From Carcharhinus longimanus (lineage: Eukaryota), in NCBI GenBank assembly GCA_030264375.1, contig JASCQW010000109.1:40597823-40661822 (forward strand): 64,000 bases of DNA. The letters run 5' to 3'. Numbering within the stretch: the stretch's first letter is position 1; each line of letters opens with the position of its first letter. The translations under genes and the position numbers were made by a program. Shown here piece by piece: positions 40,530-50,359 of this stretch. The notes below the pieces were generated by a model. The model was not told the origin of the DNA. It saw only the letters and a list, made by a program, of their open reading frames with translations, and did no database searches.

Positions 40530-40830
40530 TTTAAGTTTTAAAGTTTATTTATTAGTGTTACAAATAAACTTACATTAACACTGCAATGAAATAACTTCAT
40601 TGCATTTTCACAGTAATGTAAAATTTCCTAGTCGCAACTCACAGAATTTAGCATGGCCGATGCACCTAACCAGCATGTCTTTGGGACTGAGGAAACCGGA
40701 GCACTGGAAGGAAACCCGTGCAGACGTGGGGGAGAAGTTGCGGGTTCCCCACAGACAGTGACCCAAGCTGGGAATTGAACTTGGGTCCCTGGAGCTCTGA
40801 GGCAGCATTGCACTGTGCCACTGTGTCCTA
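40530..40830 (-). mobile_element. tRNA-derived SINE (HE1 / V-SINE-like)
   Basis: gaaaccggagcactggaaggaaacccgtgcagacgtggggga...gacccaagctgggaattgaac; tail tttaaagtttatttattagtgttacaa. Confidence 0.88.
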
Positions 40831-41147
40831 CTACTACCACCTTAATAATGGATTGCAGCCTACCTTTTGAAGTAATAATAATACGTTTATCAAGTGTTAT
40901 TCACCTCAAAAACTGCTGAGGAGGAGTATATAGATGTAGTTTTATCTTTCTCCATCTTGCCTATTCCAGAAAAATATATGTATTTTTAATTGAAAGTTGC
41001 TTTAGAGAATAGCTGTGGCATTAGAAGTTATTGCATGCATACTAAATTATGTTTAAGGTATTACTGGAATTGATGCAAAATGTGTGCAGATTGTGTATTC
41101 AGCCACAAATGTTCCACATGAACCAGGTTCTAACTTTGTCTTTGCAG

Positions 41148-41275
41148 GGGCAAATGTAAACAGGGCTACAGCTAACAATGATCATACAGTGGTCTCTTTA
41201 GCATGTGCTGGAGGGCACCTTGCTGTTGTTGAACTCCTTTTGGCACATGGCGCAGATCCTACACATCGATTAAAG
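41148..41275 (+). CDS. ANKHD1: ANKHD1 exon 12 equivalent, 128 nt
   Basis: tgcag|GG...AAG|gtattt; ANVNRATANNDHTVVSLACAGGHLAVVELLLAHGADPTHRLK. Confidence 0.96.
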
Positions 41276-41405
41276 GTATTTAAATTCTCCTTCACAAGAT
41301 CTATTTTTAAAGGACTAAACTGTACAGCAATTTGACATAGCAAATATCCTTTTAGAAAATTTATTTTATGAAAAACAAGAGCTGGCTTAATTTTGTGTTT
41401 CTTAG

Positions 41406-41549
41406 GATGGTTCCACTATGCTCATTGAAGCTGCTAAAGGGGGGCATACAAATGTGGTTTCGTACTTATTAGACTACCCAAACAACATCTTGCCTGTACC
41501 GGGATCAGATGTGGCTCAGCTCACGCCACCTTCACACGACCAGTCTCAG
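41406..41549 (+). CDS. ANKHD1: ANKHD1 exon 13 equivalent, 144 nt, end of first ankyrin cluster
   Basis: cttag|GAT...CAG|gtgagt; DGSTMLIEAAKGGHTNVVSYLLDYPNNILPVPGSDVAQLTPPSHDQSQ. Confidence 0.96.
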
Positions 41550-42529
41550 GTGAGTTTACCAATTACTTGCAACCTGCTGCACCTCATTAAAATTTAAACC
41601 ACTAACTTTAGTCAGACTGATATGACAGCTAGCTTATCTGCTTTTTAAGCAGGTGCTAATAAAAATGCAAACTTGAAGCAAGGAAATTTTGTTCATGTTA
41701 TCTTGTGGGGTGTAAGTCTGAGCAAATTTTGTTTTTTCTGATTTTATATATTTCATTTTAACATGCTATGTAAGTTCTATTTCCAAAACTAATGTCTACA
41801 TGAAACAAAGTTGCGCATGATTTGAGAAATCACAAATTGCAATTGTCACACATTGAACAAGACTAAAACTTTTACATCATCTTATATGCTTTTAAAATTT
41901 TTAGTATCAGCTACAGCCTGCATTCCTTTTATTTTTTAAATGATAGAATTTCAGCTTTTAAATTCTATCAGGTATATTGGCATAAAGTCTCCCTAATGTG
42001 GTTCCTAATTAAGTTACAATCAGCGCTAGTCATGCACATTAGAATTTGAATTTATTTTTCAGCTTTTTGAATTTCCCAAAATCCGTCTTCTGGTAGCACC
42101 CCTGCTAAACTGATTACATTTACTGAATCCCATAACTGTTCCGGTTTCCTTCAGAGTTTCAGATCCCTGTCTTCTCTTTCTGACACAATACTGCGCTCCT
42201 TCTCTCAAGTCCTGTGTATTTTTATGTCTGTGCCCCTGAATCACTGTCACTAAGCAACAGTAAAGTTTTCCCTTTTTCTCCCTCACTGAATTATCAACCC
42301 TATAACTTCAGAGGTTGTAAAATCTCAAAAGTGTGTTTTTAAATATATTTATAGATATATGTAATATATTTAATATATATTACATAAAACCCAAATGACC
42401 TGACTTTTCAGTCACTTATTACAAGTTCATGAACAGAACTTAAAACGAAAAAAAACTTCCTTAACACACAAATATATATAAATTAAGCATTGTTCATAAA
42501 AGGGACTGTGATGCCAAAGAATAACTGAC

Positions 42530-43143
42530 ATTAGAATATTACAAAGAATGAGGGACCTGAATTATGTGCAGAAACTGGGGAAATCTCCTTGGAGTAAAAT
42601 AGGTTAATAGGTATAAACAGCTGTGATATGTGAGAAGAAACTGTTTACATCTGCAGGACACTGAGTAACTAGAGGACATACCTCAACTGGCAGAAAATGT
42701 AGAGAGCTGTGGGAAAACATTTTTGTGTATTGAGTTAAATCTGAAATGCACTTCCTGAGAGAGTGGTGCACAGAGTTGGAAGCGATGCTATCAAGTAGCA
42801 TAACTTGCTTATGGATGCTGAGTTGGGTTCCTCCAAGGTCATTCAGCTTATGACCTCATTCCAGCATTGGTTCAAACGTGGACAAAAGAGCTGAACTTCG
42901 TAGGTAAGGTGAGAGTGATTCCCCTTGATATCAAGGCAGCATTTGACTGAAGGTGGCATCAAAACTGAAGTGGAAAGGGGCGGTACGTGGGGGGTGAAAA
43001 TGACATGGGGGACTCCTAGCACAAAAGAAGATGGTTGTGATTGTTGGTGGTCAATCATCTCAGTTCTAGAATATCACAGCAAGAGTTCCTCAGGGTGGTA
43101 TCCTAGGCCCAGGCATCTTCAATTACTTTATCAATGACCTTCC
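42530..43143 (+). mobile_element. LINE fragments (CR1 3' piece, then an RT piece)
   Basis: cttgatatcaaggcagcatttgac (LDIKAAFD) and gttcctcagggtggtatcctaggccca (VPQGGILGP)...tttatcaatgaccttcc. Confidence 0.65.
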
Positions 43144-43152
43144 AATAACTTT

Positions 43153-43908
43153 TGTTGCTGTTTAGATCAGAAACTCAAGTGTTCGATGGAGCCTGCCTGG
43201 TTTTGCATCTTGAATTGGTTAGGGTAAACATAATAGGTTTCACTTCAGGTATGATTCAGATGACCCATTAGGGAGCTTTTATCTAACAAAATTTATTTAA
43301 GAATATTACCAATAATTTCTATCAATTACAAACAATACCAAAACAACCATAATACTGTATAATCCTTAACAAATATAGATACTGTCCCAATCAAACAAAT
43401 CCCTTAGACAAGACCCTTCAAACCGGTTTGATAAGCATAGACTAATGCTCGCATGATACTGGAATTGAGTCCTTTGGGTTAAGTTTGCAGTTCTCTGGAT
43501 AGACTTAGAACAGTTTGAAGTCAGAACAGCTTCCCAAAACACCGGGGACTCTTAGCAAGCCACCAACAGCAGATTCTCCCCTTCAGAAAGGCTAGACCTT
43601 TCAGATGACCAGAATTTCCAAAATCGGGGAGAGAGAAACACTTCCAGTTTAATGTCCCTTCTAAAACCTCAATCCTGCAGCCCAGAACTGCAAATGAAAG
43701 AGCTCCTGTCACCTGATCTGCCGACCAGTTCTTCTGACAAAGAAGAACCACAAAAGTTCTCAATAAGAATAAACCCCCATTTCAGTAGCTTAAGGAGCAA
43801 TAAAAGGACATCCTGGTAGATAGCTAGACAGAAATGACAAACATTGAAGCTGAAAGCTCCAGAGATCATGATTTTTAAAAAAAAACTTAAAGGTACACTA
43901 ATGTCACA
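43153..43908. mobile_element. Probable solo LTR (Ty3/Gypsy-type), 756 bp
   Basis: Begins TGT and ends ACA, flanked by the 4-bp direct repeat CTTT (43149-43152, 43909-43912); no recognisable coding homology. Confidence 0.6.
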
Positions 43909-44420
43909 CTTTCAAAAAGATATTTGAATTCGGATGACCATCTTAAGGTCTCATGACACAATTACAAGTTTGAAGATTTACTGTAAAAATCAAGCTAAAA
44001 GCAGCAGTAACTGAGCGCGTTTTTAAAATAATTTGTAATCTTAAGAGGCTTCCCCATTTAAGTTTTAAAATGGCCAGAAATCCCTGTCACGTTTATACTT
44101 TACACAGTCCCTTAAATGGGACTATTCCCCAGAACTAATCCAAAGCTGCTATTGAATCCTGATGCCCATTTCCATTTTTCTTTCCCAGCTGGGAGACGTC
44201 TAATCCCAGAACTGACTTCCACTAAGGGCTACACTGGAGATTGTTTTACTAAGTCAGTAAAACTTATAGCCTGCTTTAAATCCTCGCATCACAGTCTCCC
44301 CACTTTGTGTGTGAGCTCCCATCTGTGCTCTGTGCCATGAACCGTAGGGTCAATATTTTCTTTGCTTCAGGTGCAGGATTGGCTGCTAATTTTTCTGTTT
44401 TCCTGCTCTCTCTCCATTCA

Positions 44421-44579
44421 GTAAAAAGTCTGACAACACCAGGTTTTAGTCCAACCGATTTATTTGATAGTAAACTCTCAAGCTTTCTATCAAATAAATA
44501 GGTTGGTCTAAAATCTGGTGTTGTCAGACTTCTTACTGTGTTTACCCCAGTCCAATGCCAGCACATCCACATCGTGACA
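44421..44579. mobile_element. Penelope-like terminal fragment in inverted configuration with 12-bp flanking direct repeat
   Basis: 52-bp inverted arms 44419-44470 and 44487-44538; TCTCTCCATTCA at 44409-44420 and 44580-44591; homologous to 25495-25595. Confidence 0.7.
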
Positions 44580-44599
44580 TCTCTCCATTCATGCAGACT

Positions 44600-45920
44600 G
44601 ACTTAGAGTCAGAGTTTTATAGCACAAAAAGAGGCCCTTCATATCTGCACTGGTCATCAAGCACCTATTTATTCGATCCCATTTTGTAGCATCTTGTCCA
44701 AAGCCTTGTATGCTGTGGCATTTCAAGTACTTATCTAAATGCTTCTGAAATCTTATTGAAACATATAAGATGATTAGAGGTTTAGATAGGGTGGACAGTG
44801 ATAGCCTTTTTCCTCGGATGGAGAAANNNNNNNNNNNNNNNNNNNNNNNNNNNNNNNNNNNNNNNNNNNNNNNNNNNNNNNNNNNNNNNNNNNNNNNNNN
44901 NNNNNNNNNNNNNNNNNNNNNNNNNNGTGGGTCATTGTTTTTGTAACTGGTCGGCGCAACATCGTGGGCCGAAGGGCCTGTTCTGCGCTGTAATGTTCTA
45001 TGTAATGTTGAGGGTTCATACCTCTACCACCCTTTCAGGTAAAGTCACCATCCTTTTGGTGAAAACATTTTTCTTCAATTCTCCAATAAATCACCTTAAC
45101 TCAAGTCAGTCCTCCTTGCTATTGACCCTTTTGCTAAGGAGAAAAGTTTCTTCCTATCTCACCTATCCATATCCTTAATTTGGTACACCTTTGAGGTCCC
45201 CTCAGCCTTCTCTGTTCTTGAGAAAAACAACTCCAACCTCGCCAGTTCCTCTTCATAGCTGAAATGCTCCAGCCCCGGCAACATCCTGTTGAGTCTCCTC
45301 TGCACCCTTTTTCGTGCAATCACATCCTTCCTATGGTGTTGCCATCAGGACTGCACACTTGTGGTCTAACGAGCATTTTATACAGCTCCATCATAACCTC
45401 TCTGCTCTTTTTATTAGCCAAGGCATAGAATATAGACAAGTATATCATATGCCTTTTTAATCACTGTGTCCTGTTGCCTTCAGGGATTTTTGGATGTGCA
45501 TCCCAAGGTCCCTCTGGTCTTCTGTGCTTCCCAACATCCTACTGTTTATTGTGAATTCCTTTGTTTTGTTATGCATCAGCTCACTCTTTTCAGAGTTAAA
45601 TTCCACTTACCGCCATTCTGCCTATTTGATCGTGTCCTGCTTATATCATCCTGTCCAAGGCTTTCCTCCTTGACCCCTCCCCCACATACCCCAACATTCA
45701 TGCCTTGATCATTAATGTACACTGCAGATAATAAATGATTTCAGCACTGATCCCTGTGGTACACCACTGGACACCAGGCACAAAAACAACCTTCAACTGT
45801 TACCCTCTGCCTCTTGCCACTAAGCCAATTTTGGATCCAGTTTGGCAAAGTGTCCTGGATCACGTGGGCTCTTATCTGCGTGATCATGTGGGACCTTGTT
45901 CGAAGCTTTACTGACGTTCA
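44600..45920 (-). mobile_element. CR1-clade LINE fragment with a nested plus-strand CR1 3' end (about 44750-45005)
   Basis: Homologous to 10095-11130; nested piece ends ggcgcaacatcgtgggccgaagggcctgttctgcgctgtaatgttctatg, like 3875-3925. Confidence 0.8.
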
Positions 45921-45929
45921 TGCATCCAG

Positions 45930-46035
45930 AGGAAATGCATATGCAAATTCCACACAGGCAGTCACCCAAGCCCAGAATTGAATCCCGGTCACTGGCACTG
46001 AGGCAGCAGTGCTAACCACTGTACCATCGTGCCTC
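45930..46035 (-). mobile_element. Truncated SINE head
   Basis: Minus strand GGCACGATGGTACAGTGGTTAGCACTGCTGCCTCAGTGCCAGTGACCGGGATTCAATTCTGGGCTTGGG. Confidence 0.8.
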
Positions 46036-46499
46036 CCTCGTTTGGACATGGGGATTTATCCACTTAAGTCTGCAAGTCTCAAAGATTGTGATATTTTAAG
46101 GAATTCTACAACTTGATACTACAGTGGCTTGCTCTGAACTTTTTCCCCTTTCACAGTCTATCTGCAAGGCAACATGTATCATGTGTAACTTCTGACCAGA
46201 TAGAAATACTAATTAACTGTTTTCTCGACTGCCCCTCTCCCCAACTCCATTCTGTCTTTGAATTATTTAAATAAATAAAGTCAGCACAAAAGTTCTTCCC
46301 ATGGGGATATTAGCATATTTTTCAGTAAGGCTCTTGATTTGGGCCTATAGCAACCAAGCTGCAGAGACTTGTCAGGCAAAACTCAAAGCAGGCCACGTAA
46401 ACTCCTTCATTTCTTAAGTGGCAATGCTAAACATTAACTTAGTTTTTGTAACAAATGATTAAAGAAATTTTGAAGGTAGAAAGCTGAAAATTGATAAAC

Positions 46500-47430
46500 T
46501 AATCAAACCTCAAGGATAAAGCCACTAAATGAATTCCATCTGCACATATTAGATGCTTGGAAAGCTATACCAGAGGCAATATTACACTTAAAAATTCATT
46601 ATAAGGCAAATAGTACCTGCATACCAGCAATGAACTAATGTGATTTCTATATACAAGCAGGATGATAAGTCAAAGGAACTAGACAGTTGAACATCAGCGG
46701 TAGGAAAATGGAATTATTACTCAAAGATGTAATTGGATTAATATTTCTAGTTTCTGGATGTTTTTCAGAGTGGTTAGCATGTTCAAACATGAAGGTCATG
46801 CTTGACCAATCTGAACTTGTATGAAGAAGTAATAGAAAGGGTAGATAAGGTTATTGTTCAAACAAGTGTCTGGATTTCCAAAAGCCCTTTAAGGTATGGA
46901 ACTTAGTTGATTCTAGGTCAAAGCATGTGGAATCAGAGAATAACTGGATAACAAACTGGCTACAGAACAACAGTGGAGGTCAGTAGCAATTACTCATTGG
47001 CAAAAAGTGGTGTTCAACAAGGATTAGTCCTTGGACCATTATTGTTCACTATTTTCTTAAATGTTTTGGAACTGAGAAAACAATTTCAATATTTGCAGGT
47101 GATATCAAATTAAGGGTTAATACAGAAAGTTCAGTAGTGTGGATGTAAAGAGGATATTTCCACTTCCAGTAGTAAGGATCATAGATATGAGTCACTAATA
47201 AGCTTGAGAGAGAATTTTTTGCCCAGAAAATAGTTAGAATGTGGAACTCCTCAGGAGGTAAGTTGTATATGTGTATTTGAGGGGAGTCCACATACACTCT
47301 CAATTGAGTGTAGTGTTAGGGTATATTGATGTGGTTAGATGGAGAAGGATAGAAGGAGACTTATGTAGAGCATAAACTTGTAGGGCCAAATGGGCTGGTG
47401 TGTGCTACAAGTAATATGTAATGTCTGTTC
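46500..47430 (+). mobile_element. Old CR1-clade LINE fragments
   Basis: ctggatttccaaaagcccttt (LDFQK.F), ggtgttcaacaaggattagtccttggacca (GV.QG.VLGP), tttgcaggtgatatcaaatta. Confidence 0.7.
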
Positions 47431-48034
47431 AGTTGTTGAATAGTCTTATCAGAGGTGGAGGAATCAAGACCATGACTCTTTCCACCCCCAGCCTGGCCCT
47501 CTGTTGTCTTGTATGATGTATTGCATTGTGTATCTTTATTTGGAAAGAACAGACAGATGACAGTTGAGGCTTGTAGTTGATTATGATTGATCAGCTGTTA
47601 GTTGTGGCGATGTGCATGAGGTGGAAGTATGGAATTTAGTGTCCGATTAAGGAGTTGCACAGAGGTGCACGCTGCAGGATTGGGTGATAGAGCAGCTCTC
47701 ATAGCAAGTATGGTCAGAAGTGCCTATTCTCAGTTTTGTTTTCAGAGTTGTGTGGCAATATCCTGGCTGGTGGACAAGGAAACTTATCTTTCCAGCTCTA
47801 GGTAGGTCATTAAATTGCTTCCTATACTTTGTGAACTGGTTGAAAAAGATTATCCAATGCCATCTCCCTCCAGACTGGCAGGAAGTTTAAACCATTATTT
47901 TGAATTCTGTTCTTTTCCTGACCCATTTTAAAACTCCAGTGTCATAAACATAGTGTATGAGAATAGATTAGGGACTTTGATAAATGGGAATGCCAATGTC
48001 ATAAACATAATAAAAAGGTACTCAAAGGAAGCTT

Positions 48035-50100
48035 GGTTTATTCATGGGATGTGGGCATTGTTGACAAGACTAGCATTTGTTGCCTACCCCTAATTGAACT
48101 TGAATTGAGTGGCTTGCCCCACTATTTCAGAGGGCAGTTAAGAGTCAACCACGTTGAATCTGGAGATGCATGTAGCTGGAACAGGTAAGGATGGCAGATT
48201 TCCTTTCCTAAAGGACATTAATGAACCAGATGGGTAATGACAGTGGAGGAAGTAATAGAAAAATTTGGTAGGATTTAAATAGAGATACCTAAAAAGTTGA
48301 CATTGCTCCAAGTAAAAGTCACCTGGTTCAGTTGAAATGCACTTGTGTGATGAGGGAAGTGTATGTTGAAATCATGGAGGCTTTGGCCAGAATTTTCAAA
48401 TTGTCGGGTATGAGAGCAGTGCAAAGGACTATAAGAATGCAAAGGTTATGCCCCTGTTCAAAAAAGGTAGAGGCATAAACCCAGCAACTACGTACTATTA
48501 TACCTTATGTCGGTGGGAAATCTTTAGGTTTGATAAACCAAGACTAAATTAATATGGCAAATAAACCTAAATGATGAATTTGTTAAGCCAAATGGTAATT
48601 GTTAGGTAAATGTTCTAAAATATATAGCAGTAAATAAACAGAGGAAAACATTTAAAACACTTCAAAACATTCAACAAAACTACGTTCTATTGAAAAACAA
48701 CCTTGTTAAAAAAGACCCATCCATGGCTCACTTGAAGTTGAAGATAGTATTAGATTTTAAAAAGTGTATTAGATTTTAAAAAGTAACTTAAAAGAGGCTT
48801 AAAATGTTTGAGAGAACAGTAACAAGTCTGAGGATTGGCAGTGTTTTAGAAGCCAATAAAGGGTCACCAAAAAGTTGATAAAGGGAAAAATTGAATGAGA
48901 ATACATTGGTCAGAAATATGAAAACAGATTGTAAGAACTTTTGTAAGTATGTAAAAGGGAAGAGATTAGTTAATGTAAATATTGGTTGGAAGCAGAAATG
49001 GAAGAAATTATCATGGGGGTAATAAGAAAATGGCAGAGACCAAAAGAGAGAATGCTGGAAAATCTCAGGAGGTCTGGTAGCAGAGAGAAAAGAGCTGACG
49101 TTTCGAGTCCAGATGACTCCTTGTCAAAGCTCAATTTACTCAATGTCTCTGCCAAATGGCTAAAATATGAAGAAATTCATGTAATCATGAAGGAAAAGTA
49201 CTGAAGAAATTTAGGACAAAAATCTGAAAAGTCCCCAAAACCTAGTGACCTACACCCTACAGTTCTAAAAGATTTTACTGCAAAAATAGTGATTGCACCA
49301 GCTGTGATTTTGAAAAATTCCTTTGATTCTGGAACACTCCCATAGGATTGCAAGTTGGCAACTGCAATGTGGCTTTTCAATAAAGGAGGGAGATATAATG
49401 GGGAACTGCAAGCTTTTTATCCTGGTGTCAGTTGTTGGGGCAATGTTGGAATCTACTTTTAAGGAAATCTTAGTGCACTTAGAAAAGCATAGTATGATTA
49501 GAACTCATCAACATGGCTTTATTTAAAGGAAAGTCTGATTTGACAGTATTAGATTTTTAAAAAATGTAACTTGTAGGAAAAATAATGGAGAACCACTAGA
49601 TGTGGAATATATGGCTTTCCAAATGGTAGTCAACAAAGTGCCACAAAAAAATGCTAGACGGTTCAAACATAAGGGATCTCTTGCTTTATAAATAATAGAG
49701 TACAAAAGGAAAAGGGCTGTGCTAAACTTTTTATGAATCTGGTTAAGTGCTATCTGGAAAACTGTCCAATCCTGAACACCATACATGAGAACGACAGAGG
49801 AAATTTCCAAAAATAGTAGCAGTGATTGAGGAGTACATAGGCTGGAGAAATGGGCTTGCTGTTTTACAGCAGAGACAGAGAAGATTTAGTCAAGGTGTTC
49901 AAAAACATGCAGTGGCAGAAGGGTCAATAATACCTCAAATTTAAGTTAATTAGCAAAAAAAAACCAGAAGGGAGATGAGTTTTTTCTACTCTATTGTTGC
50001 GAACTAGAATGTATTGCGTGTAGGATGCTCAAAGCAGACTCAATAGCAACTCGAAACGAAATACTTGAAGGGGAAAAATGTGCAGGGCTAGGAACAACAT
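48035..50100 (+). mobile_element. Stack of degenerate CR1-type fragments (mostly plus strand) with a Penelope-like insertion
   Basis: ORF 49323..49526 SVVGAMLES...HLEKHSMIRTHQHGF; aagtccccaaaacctagtgacctacaccctacagttctaaaa. Confidence 0.65.
49039..49132 (-). mobile_element. Penelope-like terminal fragment with minimal hammerhead ribozyme motif
   Basis: Minus strand GAGCT TTGACAA G GAGTC ATCTG GACTC GAAA CGTC AGCTC ttttctctctgctaccagacctcctgagattttccagcatt. Confidence 0.65.
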
Positions 50101-50256
50101 TAGATTGGTCTTTTTATTGAAATTGAGGCTTTGGTAAACATTAGAATTTTACTTTGAAAGAAAATTTTATGTGAAGTTGGGCGTCACTTACAGGAGTATA
50201 AGTTTGTGATTGTTGTGCTCTTAATTTGCAATTGAATTGTTGATTTTTTTTTTCAG

Positions 50257-50359
50257 GTTCCCAGAGTACCAGTGCAAGCACTCGCAATGGTAGTTCCACC
50301 CCAGGAACCTGACCAGTCTCCAGCAAATGTTGGAGCTACGCTTTCTGTCATTAATAAAG
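50257..50359 (+). CDS. ANKHD1: ANKHD1 exon 14 equivalent, 103 nt
   Basis: ttcag|GTT...AAAG|gtgagg; VPRVPVQALAMVVPPQEPDQSPANVGATLSVINK(G). Confidence 0.94.

Noticed and set aside
42340-42386. AT-rich hairpin (atgtaatatat...atatattacat)
   Set aside because: Low-complexity AT sequence in which self-complementarity is expected by chance.
45985-46035. tRNA gene (A-box and B-box present)
   Set aside because: It continues into SINE body sequence shared with the other copies, and no cloverleaf is evident.
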